Positions 34,683 through 43,435 are shown, numbered from the stretch's first letter. The stretch: DNA of 64,000 bases from a virus (IMGVR_UViG_3300012943_000028:64001-128000), one strand, 5' to 3'. Program-made: numbers and translations. The notes: generated by a model not told the origin, from the letters alone.

Positions 34683-34711
34683 ATTCTATCACGCAGCAAT
34701 CTGAAGTAAAC
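34683..34711 (-). promoter_or_regulatory. T4-early-type sigma70 promoter
   Basis: GTTTAC-17nt-TAGAAT with extended TG. Confidence 0.7.
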
Positions 34712-34736
34712 CTGATGTTACATAACAAGTTCGAGA

Positions 34737-34766
34737 CAAAAGAGAGGGGACCGAAGTCCCCTCTCT
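34737..34766 (-). terminator. rho-independent terminator
   Basis: AGAGAGGGGAC-TTCG-GTCCCCTCTCT-TTT (UUCG loop). Confidence 0.9.
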
Positions 34767-34789
34767 GGCACATCAACTTCTAGAGTTGA

Positions 34790-35062
34790 TTAGAGGTGGT
34801 CGAACACCTGAACGTCGTGCTTGCTGCCCGATGCGTCAGCTGAGCCCCATGGGCCAGTTGCGCCGGCAGTGCCGTCGTTGGTTGCGAACGTGTAGTCAGT
34901 TGGGTCGTCCTTGCTATTGACGATCTCGCTGAGCACACCGCGGCGGTTCTTCAGATAGGTTGCGATCTTGGTCATCGTGTCCTTGTTGTTGCCTGCGCTG
35001 AGAGCTGCAACTGCGGCATCGAGGGCGGCTGCTGCGCCAGAAACTTTCTTGAGTACGGCCAT
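34790..35062 (-). CDS. small protein downstream of MCP, possible capsid decoration
   Basis: Own late promoter GTAAATA (35118-35124), AAGGAG RBS, own terminator. Confidence 0.7.
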   Translation of the reverse strand: MAVLKKVSGAAAALDAAVAALSAGNNKDTMTKIATYLKNRRGVLSEIVNSKDDPTDYTFATNDGTAGATGPWGSADASGSKHDVQVFDHL

Positions 35063-35130
35063 GAGAATTCTCCTTGGAATGGCGTGAGAGACAGGTATGC
35101 TCTATATGAGATGCGCGTATTTACACCGGA

Positions 35131-35161
35131 AAATAAGAAGGGGAGCTTCGGCTCCCCTTCT
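35131..35161 (-). terminator. terminator after MCP
   Basis: AGAAGGGGAGC-CGAA-GCTCCCCTTCT-TATTT. Confidence 0.85.
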
Positions 35162-35208
35162 CTATCATCGATGCAATCAACTTGACGTTTGCGAACGTCG
35201 TTCGTGGA

Positions 35209-36444
35209 TTAGACGAACGAGAGGTTGGCGACGCTGATACGACCGTAGTAGTCGGCTGAGTTACCGAGCGACGTTGCCGTGCTGGTGAACGTTGCCTTAC
35301 CGTAACGGGTCATGAGCGAAACGTGTGGGTTGAAGGTGTTTGGATCCACAACCACGCCCGAGGACATCAGTGGGATGTATGGGCAGTAGAAGTAACCGGA
35401 GTCCATCTCACCAGAACCGCCCTTGTAACCAAGGAGGACTGGCTCGGTGCCCTGGTCGAAGTAGATGTACGAGTACACCTTGATCGAACCGTTGAGCGTG
35501 CCGACGAGCTTGGTGTTGTTTGGACCAGCGAATGAACCGGCGACAGCTGGTGCGAAGACGGACTTCGAAGCAGACTGCAGAACCGATACCACGAGTGGCG
35601 AAACAACGATCCAGTTGGCTGGACCCATGCGGGTCTTGCGTGCGATCTCGTTGGCAACCTTGTTGATCAACACACCGAGAACTGCGTGGCGGTCGCCAAC
35701 GTAGTTTGGAACACCCGTGAAGGTGCCGGCCATGTCGAACGACTCAGTGGTGCCTGCGAGGGCGATGAGGTCGTTGATGATTTCGTTGTCGATTTCGGAC
35801 ACAACGGCAGCGGACAGAGATGCAGTGATCTCAGCTTCGAGGTCGAGACCGTGTGAAGCCTTGATGTCCTGCATTGCTTCTGGAGTCCAGCGAGCCTGCA
35901 GCTTACGGGAACCAGCGGTTACCGTCTGCTTGAGGACTTCGAGGGTCAGAGCACGACCACCGAATGCTTCGTAGTCAGAGGTTGAAGCAGCGACGCCGGC
36001 TGAGGACGAAGTTGCTGGACCACCTGATGGTACTGGAGCATCTGAGGTTGAGTAGAAGCGCTTGGTCTTGCTGTTGTTTGCGAAGACTTCATCGCCTGCT
36101 GAGATTGCGAAGCTGTTGTCAAGACCCGATGGGGTGCTGACTGGACCAGCGACGGCCTCAGAGAAGAGGAAGCGCAGTGAGTAGACCAGGCCGACTGGAC
36201 CGGACATTGGCTGAACACCAACGAGCTCGGTTGCGACGGTGCCTGGGATGATACGACGGATCATCGGGATGACGATCTTCTGGAAGTTGCCAATTGCGCC
36301 GGCAGTGGTGTTACCCGCATCGGCAGTTTCCTGCAGGTGCTTCAGCTGGTTCTCAAGCACTGGCTCGAGAATGCGCTTCTTGCTGTCGGTCAGACCCTCG
36401 AGAAGGGTCTCTTTGGTTTCTGCCCAATTTTCGAAAAGTTCCAT
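35209..36444 (-). CDS. gp23: major capsid protein
   Basis: LENQ, IRR..P, GVQPM.GP.GL, SRKLQA.WT.E..QD....HGLD.EAE, YCPYIPL, P..F.P....MTRYG. Confidence 0.98.
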   Translation of the reverse strand: MELFENWAETKETLLEGLTDSKKRILEPVLENQLKHLQETADAGNTTAGAIGNFQKIVIPMIRRIIPGTVATELVGVQPMSGPVGLVYSLRFLFSEAVAGPVSTPSGLDNSFAISAGDEVFANNSKTKRFYSTSDAPVPSGGPATSSSAGVAASTSDYEAFGGRALTLEVLKQTVTAGSRKLQARWTPEAMQDIKASHGLDLEAEITASLSAAVVSEIDNEIINDLIALAGTTESFDMAGTFTGVPNYVGDRHAVLGVLINKVANEIARKTRMGPANWIVVSPLVVSVLQSASKSVFAPAVAGSFAGPNNTKLVGTLNGSIKVYSYIYFDQGTEPVLLGYKGGSGEMDSGYFYCPYIPLMSSGVVVDPNTFNPHVSLMTRYGKATFTSTATSLGNSADYYGRISVANLSFV

Positions 36445-36469
36445 TGATTTCTCCTTAGGGACTGTGGGG

Positions 36470-37375
36470 TTAGATGCCAGCAAGCTTCTTCAGCTGAAGA
36501 TACTTGTCCTGCTTGGCTGGTTCTGCTTGCTTGGCTGGAGTCTCAACAGACTCGTCACCGGTAACGACTGACGTAGCGGCCTCAGTTACGATTGGCTTGT
36601 CAGCTTCCGACTTGGCGGCTGGGGCAGCTGCTGCTGGTGCAGCCTCTTCCTTCAACACGCGGCCGATGAAGTGGTTGTAGGCTTCTTCGAGGCGTGCAGT
36701 CTCGACATTTGCAAGCACAAATGCCATCTGCTCACGCTTCTTGCCCTGAAGTGGTGCGAGAATCTTCTCAAGCTTGGCTTCACGAACCATCTTGGCGTTG
36801 GATGCTTCCAGTGCCTTGATCGTTGCTGCAGCTTCCTCGACCTTGCCGAGTGCTGCCGTGAGCTGAGTCTGAATCGATGCCTCATCGACATAGTTCTTGC
36901 TGAACTCGGAAACGAAGGCTTCAAACATGCGACGACCGAAGTCGTTCTGCTTGACCACTTCCAGGTCTTCCTTGAGTTCCTTGAACTCTTCCTCGAGACG
37001 GTGCTCGAAGAATGCGTCCATCTTGTCGATCAGCTGGTCGAGTTCACCGCTGAGCTTCTCTGCCATTGCGTGCTTCTCTTCGACGATCTTCTCGGCATAC
37101 TCTGCCTCGAGATCACGGAAGCGCTCAATGTCGGCCTTCAGCTCTGCGACTTCCTCTTCGAGCTTCTTGGCCACGAATGCTTCGACGTTCTCAACGAGTG
37201 CGTCGCGTTCGGTCTGCCACTGCTCTGAAATCTCGTGTCTCACTTCGATGGAAACTTCCTCACGAACAGTTTTCTTGTACTCTTCGACGGCGGAAGCCCA
37301 CTTGGTGGAGATTTCGGTCTTAGCTTCCTCGCTGAGGAGCTCGGAGCTAAGCAATTTCTGTAGGATTTCATCCAT
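36470..37375 (-). CDS. gp22: prohead core scaffold protein
   Basis: Acidic coiled coil, FGRR.FEAF, directly upstream of MCP. Confidence 0.9.
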   Translation of the reverse strand: MDEILQKLLSSELLSEEAKTEISTKWASAVEEYKKTVREEVSIEVRHEISEQWQTERDALVENVEAFVAKKLEEEVAELKADIERFRDLEAEYAEKIVEEKHAMAEKLSGELDQLIDKMDAFFEHRLEEEFKELKEDLEVVKQNDFGRRMFEAFVSEFSKNYVDEASIQTQLTAALGKVEEAAATIKALEASNAKMVREAKLEKILAPLQGKKREQMAFVLANVETARLEEAYNHFIGRVLKEEAAPAAAAPAAKSEADKPIVTEAATSVVTGDESVETPAKQAEPAKQDKYLQLKKLAGI

Positions 37376-37489
37376 GCAGTTTCTCCTTCTTATGGGGGTG
37401 GTTAGAGACTTGGTCGCCGTCTCTAAGGGCTTGAACCTTACGCGTATCGTGTCTGAAACAAGTTCAGACCTGCGTTGAACGTACGATTC

Positions 37490-37496
37490 TATTTAC
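37490..37496 (-). promoter_or_regulatory. late promoter GTAAATA
   Basis: NTAAATA ~115 nt upstream of the scaffold gene. Confidence 0.55.
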
Positions 37497-37567
37497 AAGA
37501 TCACACAAAAAATCGCAAAAAACCAATCACATTTGGGCAGCTATCGACTGCCCGTATGCCGATATGA

Positions 37568-37810
37568 TTACTCTGCAGCAGTTTCAGCTGATTCCGGAGG
37601 GGTGTCCCCTGCTGGAGTCTCGTCTGCATCTGCGGTAGCAACCTCTACAGCACCGTCAACTTCTGCCGGTACCTCTTCGTCGCCTGCAGAGATGCCTGCA
37701 ACGTCCTTCATCTTGGCAGTCACGTAGTTGTGAAAGTCAAGCGTTGCCTCTTCAGGCTTGTCGTTGATCAGGTTGTTCAACATGCTCTTAAGAGCTTCTC
37801 TCTTGTCCAT
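37568..37810 (-). CDS. small acidic prohead core protein (gp67-like)
   Basis: 80 aa; 'L..LIND..E.A...FH....K' followed by acidic tail; head cluster. Confidence 0.6.
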   Translation of the reverse strand: MDKREALKSMLNNLINDKPEEATLDFHNYVTAKMKDVAGISAGDEEVPAEVDGAVEVATADADETPAGDTPPESAETAAE

Positions 37811-37897
37811 TTGATATCTCCTAGTGGCTGTGAGCCATTGGGTGGGAAGCGGTAACCGGCTTCTCAACGGTTTGTCAGGCGGTTGCCCAACGAAATC

Positions 37898-38176
37898 TTA
37901 CGGCGCGCGTGCGAGGTTGCCGTGGGTATCAGGTGGACCGATCAAAACGATACCGTCTTGGTTCACCTGATAAATGTCTTCCTTGTCTTTCTCTGGGTCC
38001 TTACCAACAGCGATGACGTCAATCTCGTAGTGATTGTCGCTGATCTTGTGGAAGTCCAGAATCTTTACCTTCTCAGCAGGCGTGCCGAGGTATCGAGATG
38101 CTTTGACCATCATCGTGTCGCCGGTTTTTGGCGCCTTAACAACCTTGACGGTCTTCTTGATCTCATTGAGCAGCAT
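37898..38176 (-). CDS. hypothetical protein (MLLNEI leader)
   Basis: Coupled ORF with SH3-like 'PKTGDTMMV'. Confidence 0.6.
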   Translation of the reverse strand: MLLNEIKKTVKVVKAPKTGDTMMVKASRYLGTPAEKVKILDFHKISDNHYEIDVIAVGKDPEKDKEDIYQVNQDGIVLIGPPDTHGNLARAP

Positions 38177-38177
38177 G

Positions 38178-39008
38178 TTACTTGCCCTTACCTTCGTAGC
38201 CGAGCGCAAGGTCTTCTACCTTGTCGACAAGCTTCTTGTAGCCACGCAGCTTTTCCCAGCCGTGCTTCGTCATGTTGAGCGTGCGAAGCACGCGCTTTGC
38301 AAGCGTGCGAAGCTTCGGCGAGTTTGCGTAGTCAGCTCTGTCGAACTTCTCACCGAGGATCATAAGCACGTTCATTGGGCCGTGCGTGTTGAACTCATTG
38401 CCACGATCCTTGAGAGCCTTCTCAAGGTGCTCGATGGCATGATTGACCATCTTCCTGCGAATGTTGTACCATGCGTCTGAGGCGGCGTCGGAGTGGCCAA
38501 CAGTTACACCATCCATTTGACCTTCAGTGAGCGACTCATCGAGGTCTTCATCATCCTCATCTTCGTCCTCGTCTTCGTCCTCGTCTGCGTCTTCCTCAGA
38601 GAGGGCTTCGATCCACTCAGGAACGTTCTGTTCCTTGATCCACTCGACGATGGCGTCCATTGCGCCAGGATTGTCCGAGAGGAATGATTCGACTGGAGTA
38701 CCGTACTTGAAGCCATGTCCCTTGTAGCCGATGTCGCTGACGAGCTTCTCGAGGTGCTTCACACCAGTGTCACCCTCGAAGTGGTACATCTTGTTGGCGT
38801 CAAGGTACTTGTCGATGAGCTTTTCAAGCTTGCCTTCAAGAACAACCGCCTCAAATGGGTTCTTCTTGAGCTCCTTCTTGGCGACGTCGAGGTCCTTAGC
38901 AGCTTTCTTCAGCTTGTCAAAGGATGACTTACCGTCTTTCATGTCCTTCTTGGTAGCGTCCTTAGACGTGTCAGTGTCGACCTTTTCAACCAGCTCTTTG
39001 ATTTTCAT
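38178..39008 (-). CDS. putative internal head polyprotein
   Basis: MKIKELVE leader; VLE|G and LDE|SLTE|G junctions; acidic linker. Confidence 0.65.
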   Translation of the reverse strand: MKIKELVEKVDTDTSKDATKKDMKDGKSSFDKLKKAAKDLDVAKKELKKNPFEAVVLEGKLEKLIDKYLDANKMYHFEGDTGVKHLEKLVSDIGYKGHGFKYGTPVESFLSDNPGAMDAIVEWIKEQNVPEWIEALSEEDADEDEDEDEDEDDEDLDESLTEGQMDGVTVGHSDAASDAWYNIRRKMVNHAIEHLEKALKDRGNEFNTHGPMNVLMILGEKFDRADYANSPKLRTLAKRVLRTLNMTKHGWEKLRGYKKLVDKVEDLALGYEGKGK

Positions 39009-39265
39009 TTGTCACTCCACTGAGACTCTTTCTTCTTGTCAATAACCTTCGACACTACCTTACGAGCTTCGTTGATCGAATCCTCGTTCTTGAAGTTGAA
39101 GTAGTACGTACCCATTGAAAGCGCCAGATCAACTGCGAGGCCCGCCTCGAGCAGCGCATCTACCGCCTTCTTCATGTTGCCTTCATCGCTGAGCGTGAAG
39201 TGCTGTCCAACAGGAAGAGCAGCTTCAGCCAAACCTGAAAGCTTACGAAGTTGCTCTAGCTTCAT
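39005..39265 (-). CDS. putative internal head protein
   Basis: MKLEQLRKLSGLAE|A leader. Confidence 0.65.
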   Translation of the reverse strand: MKLEQLRKLSGLAEAALPVGQHFTLSDEGNMKKAVDALLEAGLAVDLALSMGTYYFNFKNEDSINEARKVVSKVIDKKKESQWSDK

Positions 39266-40131
39266 TACTTGCCCTTAGAAACGGTGACCGATACCGAAGA
39301 TGGCTTCACGTTGAACTCGTACAGCGTGTCAAGGAAGCGATCCTGATCATCGAGCATGTCGCTGATGGTTGCCGCTACGACCTTCTTGATCTTTTCTTCA
39401 GATGAAGGCTTGCCTTCGTTGAAGAATGCACGAACGTGGAACGTCATTGGAACGTCCACCTTCACCTCAGTTTCCTTAGGCTTGGCAGCCTCATCAACCT
39501 TTTCCTTGTCATCCTTCTTGTCTTTGCCCTCGCCCTCTTCGTCGTCCTTTGGCTCTTCCTCTTCAGTCGACTTTACGCCGTCCTTGAAGCCAGCGTCATA
39601 GACCTTCATGAGAAGATCGGCGAGCTCTTCCTCGCTCTTACCGACTGCCTTCTTGGCGATCTTCAGAACGATCTTTGGAAGTGAGTTCTCTTCATCCTCA
39701 TCCGTTGGGTCTTCAGCTGAAGCATCACTGTCGTCGGCTGGAAGCTCCATATCTGGGTCTTCGTTGTCATCTACCTTTTTGCGCTCGATGACGACGCCGG
39801 CACGACGTGCTGCCTGCTCAACCTCTTCCTTCATGGTTGCAATCTTCTTCGAGAGCGCATCCTTGGCCTTCTCGAGACGCTCCTTATCCTCACCCTTGAG
39901 CTTGGAACCGGCACGGTTGATGTAGAAGTTCAAGCGTGACATTGCCTTAGCGTGACCACCTGGTGCGGCGAGCAGGCCCTTGACAATCTCAGTTGAGCTG
40001 TTGCTGAAGAAGCCCTCTGGTGGGGTCCACTTTGTGTCGACCTTGGCAACCCACTTCTTGGCCTTCTTCTTTTTGGCCTCCGTGAGAATATCGGCGATGC
40101 CAGCGAGGCGGCCGAGACGTGAGTTTTCCAT
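39265..40131 (-). CDS. putative internal head polyprotein with DUF3175-like module
   Basis: RLGRLAGI...ILTE|A, then KKW..KV...AMSRLNFYINRAG..L...LEKAKD.L (DUF3175 signature); VDE|A junction. Confidence 0.7.
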   Translation of the reverse strand: MENSRLGRLAGIADILTEAKKKKAKKWVAKVDTKWTPPEGFFSNSSTEIVKGLLAAPGGHAKAMSRLNFYINRAGSKLKGEDKERLEKAKDALSKKIATMKEEVEQAARRAGVVIERKKVDDNEDPDMELPADDSDASAEDPTDEDEENSLPKIVLKIAKKAVGKSEEELADLLMKVYDAGFKDGVKSTEEEEPKDDEEGEGKDKKDDKEKVDEAAKPKETEVKVDVPMTFHVRAFFNEGKPSSEEKIKKVVAATISDMLDDQDRFLDTLYEFNVKPSSVSVTVSKGK

Positions 40132-40142
40132 GTTCGTGTTCC

Positions 40143-41045
40143 TTATTTGACGACTTTACCGTCGCTGTCGATCTTGATGGCCTTGATCTGCTCAGGGTCA
40201 AGCTTGACGACGGTGTAGAAATGTGAGCTCTTAGACGTTGGTGCTGAACCCCTGAACGGCGCCCACTTGTCGCCATGGTCGACGACTGTATGCTTTAGAC
40301 CAAGCTTGTCAAGAGCGCTGATGACGCTCTTCGTGTGGCCCTCATGATCTTTACCCATGCGGTAGAAATAGCCACGACGGAAAACGTAGTTTCCATTCTT
40401 GTCCCTTCCACCTACCTCACCATGGTAGCCAACAGAAGACAGCGCCTGTGTAAGCTTCGATGGTGCGCCTTCGTTGATCTGTTCAACGAGGTGCTTGATC
40501 TTTTCCCAGTACGCACCCTTGTCCTTGTGACCTAGACGGGTGGCAGTACGCTCTGCGTGGCCCTTAATGTCGCCAGCAGAAAGATCAGATGTACCACGCT
40601 CTTCAGCGGCGTCCTTCTTGATCTTCGAAAGCAGCTCAGCTGGGGCGAGCTTGTCAAGGCGAGCTTTGTGCTCAGCCTTACCGGCATCACGGCGTGGCAT
40701 TGGAGGAGTGTCGAACGCACCTTCCTGCACCTTGTACGATGCGAGGTAGATGAGCTGAATCAGCTTGAACACCTTAGCAAGCTCAGCGCGCTTTTCGTCA
40801 GAGACGAACTGCTTCCTTTTGTTGACGATGACAGTTGATTCGGCTTCCTTGAAATCAGGAAACGCCTTAGCGCTGTTGACACCGCCATTCTTGCGAGCAA
40901 ATGCCTTCCACTTCTCAGACCACTTTTTGGCAGCGGCAAGGCTGAGGCCAACCTTGGCAGCACCTTTCTCAAGTGTCATCGCCTCGATAATGAGGCGCTT
41001 ATCATTGTTGCCGTTGATGACGAGCAGTTCTTGAAGAAGTTCCAT
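40143..41045 (-). CDS. putative internal head polyprotein
   Basis: MELLQELL leader; IIE|A, VQE|G, INE|G junctions. Confidence 0.65.
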   Translation of the reverse strand: MELLQELLVINGNNDKRLIIEAMTLEKGAAKVGLSLAAAKKWSEKWKAFARKNGGVNSAKAFPDFKEAESTVIVNKRKQFVSDEKRAELAKVFKLIQLIYLASYKVQEGAFDTPPMPRRDAGKAEHKARLDKLAPAELLSKIKKDAAEERGTSDLSAGDIKGHAERTATRLGHKDKGAYWEKIKHLVEQINEGAPSKLTQALSSVGYHGEVGGRDKNGNYVFRRGYFYRMGKDHEGHTKSVISALDKLGLKHTVVDHGDKWAPFRGSAPTSKSSHFYTVVKLDPEQIKAIKIDSDGKVVK

Positions 41046-41053
41046 GACGCTCC

Positions 41054-41668
41054 TTACTTCTTGGTAAGGCCATCAACGAACTTGAGAATTGCTTCCTTCA
41101 GGTACTTCTGTGCCTTTGGATCGCCGACGACTGCCTCAGCGAGGGACAGAATCTTTCTGTCTTCCTGAGCTTCACGAACGACGTCTGGGTAGCAGCCTGG
41201 GCCAGATGGCTGGGCTACGATGTCAAGCGTGACGAACGAGAAGTCCTCAACGATGCCCTCATGGTTCACGTTACCGGTACCACGTGAGGAAACGCCGAGA
41301 CGAACACCACCCTCAATGAGGTTCTGAACGATCTGTCCAGATGGGGTGTTGAGAATCTTGCACTTGCCGACGGCGTTGTTGCCGTCCATCCATGCCTCAG
41401 TGATGACGTGCGAAACGTTCTTGAGGTCGATGGAGAGGTTGTCTGGGTGGTTGAGCTCACCCATGATGGACGTACCTTCCTTGATACGACCGTTGATGAG
41501 GCCAACCGCGCGCTCAATCTCAGAGCGTGGGTAGTTACGACCGTTCAAATTCTTCTGCTCGGCTGCCATCATGCGGCCGGCCAGGTAGAGGTTTCTCTGA
41601 GAGTCACGAGACTCAGTAAGCTGTGCCTCACTTGGAGTGAAGTGCTCGATGAGGATTTGCTGTTTCAT
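41054..41668 (-). CDS. gp21: prohead protease
   Basis: N.NGR.Y, GELNHP, VSH.I, TP.G, GVSSRG.G, DIV..PS. Confidence 0.97.
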   Translation of the reverse strand: MKQQILIEHFTPSEAQLTESRDSQRNLYLAGRMMAAEQKNLNGRNYPRSEIERAVGLINGRIKEGTSIMGELNHPDNLSIDLKNVSHVITEAWMDGNNAVGKCKILNTPSGQIVQNLIEGGVRLGVSSRGTGNVNHEGIVEDFSFVTLDIVAQPSGPGCYPDVVREAQEDRKILSLAEAVVGDPKAQKYLKEAILKFVDGLTKK

Positions 41669-41721
41669 TGAGGCTCCTTAAGGACTCGGGAATCGCGAGT
41701 CAACCTGAAAGTATTCGTCGG

Positions 41722-41729
41722 TATTTATA
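41722..41729 (-). promoter_or_regulatory. late promoter TATAAATA
   Basis: Exact consensus upstream of the protease gene. Confidence 0.75.
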
Positions 41730-41784
41730 CCGAACTGTCCACGAAGTGTGAAAAAGCGCCAGAACTTAGTGTCTGGCGCTTTTC

Positions 41785-43422
41785 TCATGCTTCTGGCTCT
41801 TCGGCTGGCGGTGTTTCTTCAGCTGGCTCTTCAGCACCGGCCTCAGGGGCTGGAGCCTCTCCACCGTCTGGTGGCGGTTCCTCTTCAGCATCGACCTTGA
41901 TCTTGTCACGGTTCTCGTAGACAACTGGGTCGTAAATCTGCTGAATTTCATCAACGGACACAACGCCCTGGATGTTGCGCTCCTGCTTGAGCATTGCCTC
42001 GTTCATCTGGATGTCATCCTTGGTCATGCCAAGGTAGCGTTCCTGCATGTAGCGCTTCGACATGTAGCTCGTCTCTTCAATTGCCTTGAAGGTAGTTACG
42101 AGCTCGGAATCGATTGCTGCACGACGGTAGATGTCAAAGTTCTGCGGCTCAATGAGCTTGAGTGTGAACAGCTCTGGGTCGATGTTGACGCCAGTGGCGG
42201 CAAGGTATGCCTTGAACTGCGCGTCGAACACTGAGTCAACGCTTGCTTGCAGGCGAATAACGAAGTTGGAGAAGATGCGCTCTTCCATGTATGCAACGCC
42301 GCCCTTACCATCGTTGTCAGTTGCGCCTGGTGGCGTCTTCTCTTGACCACGCATGTATGAGGATGGAACGCGCAGTGCACGGAACACGCGGTCAAGGAAG
42401 TAGTCGAGCTCTGGAATTTCCCAGTTGGCACCAGCCGGCAGCGTCTCAACGCGTGAGCCACGGCCTGAGCCGGTGACAGGAAAGAAGTAGTCTTCCTGAA
42501 TCGACTCTGGGTTGTACTGCGAATCCGTCGTCTCATGGTTTGCAGTGTTCGGCATGCGCTTCTGGCGGATGTCGTTGCGAACACCTTCAATGTATTGCTT
42601 CACACGCACTGGTGGCATGTTGCCGACATCGAGGTAGAACACGCGGCGCTCAGGAGCACGCACGATACGATAGATGATGGCAGCATCTTCAAGCATTGAC
42701 AGCTTCTGGAAGTCCTTGAAGGCGGCCTGAAGAACTGACATGCCGAATGGTGCTGAAGAGCCCATATCGTCAGACAGCGTAAAGTGAATCATTGCCGCAG
42801 CCGGCGTAACTTCAACCGCATCTGCAGTTGTATTTGCGCCCTGGTAACGAACACCCTTAACTGAATTCTGGAAGCTTGACGGGCGGATGTGGTAGGCAAC
42901 CTTGTTGCCCTCAGCGTCGACCTCAATGCCGATGACGCGAGTTGGGTCAATGTATTCCCAAGTCTTTGTATCTGAAGTCTTTCTGAAGAAGCAGTCGCCG
43001 TACTTGACCATCATGCGGCAGATGTTGAACACGCGGCGGTTGAGAGTATGGAACTTTGACCAGTGGCGCAGCGCAGCACGCACGGTTGTAACCGTTGTGT
43101 CAGGGATGCTTTGGTTGTCTTCAGTCTGGTAGTTGATGACGAACGGAAGATCATTGCGCTTGTCAGCAGCGGCCATCTCTTCAGCGATGATGTCGAGGGC
43201 GCGGTTGACGTCGCCAAGGTCCATCGAGTCGTACTGCTTGTAGCGCTGCATGCGGGCGGTTGAGCCCTTAAGCAAATTTGAGAACCAGGCAACAGTAGAG
43301 AATGAGGCGTAGCCAGCGCTGTTGAGGTCCATGCCGTCGTCGAGGTTGACGGATGGGCGCTTGTACATCTCCTTGCGAGATGCTGGTGTAATGATGCGCC
43401 AGTAATTTTGCCAGGTGGCCAT
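41785..43422 (-). CDS. gp20: portal protein
   Basis: LEDA.IIYR..RAPERRVFY.DVGNMP, EDYFFP, RGS.VETLP, L.VP.S. Confidence 0.97.
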   Translation of the reverse strand: MATWQNYWRIITPASRKEMYKRPSVNLDDGMDLNSAGYASFSTVAWFSNLLKGSTARMQRYKQYDSMDLGDVNRALDIIAEEMAAADKRNDLPFVINYQTEDNQSIPDTTVTTVRAALRHWSKFHTLNRRVFNICRMMVKYGDCFFRKTSDTKTWEYIDPTRVIGIEVDAEGNKVAYHIRPSSFQNSVKGVRYQGANTTADAVEVTPAAAMIHFTLSDDMGSSAPFGMSVLQAAFKDFQKLSMLEDAAIIYRIVRAPERRVFYLDVGNMPPVRVKQYIEGVRNDIRQKRMPNTANHETTDSQYNPESIQEDYFFPVTGSGRGSRVETLPAGANWEIPELDYFLDRVFRALRVPSSYMRGQEKTPPGATDNDGKGGVAYMEERIFSNFVIRLQASVDSVFDAQFKAYLAATGVNIDPELFTLKLIEPQNFDIYRRAAIDSELVTTFKAIEETSYMSKRYMQERYLGMTKDDIQMNEAMLKQERNIQGVVSVDEIQQIYDPVVYENRDKIKVDAEEEPPPDGGEAPAPEAGAEEPAEETPPAEEPEA

Positions 43423-43435
43423 GAATTATCCTATG

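Noticed and set aside
37811-37897. Intergenic hairpins (GAAGC...GCTTC inside TTGGG...CCCAA)
   Set aside because: Short imperfect stems with no promoter or terminator support; not distinguishable from chance
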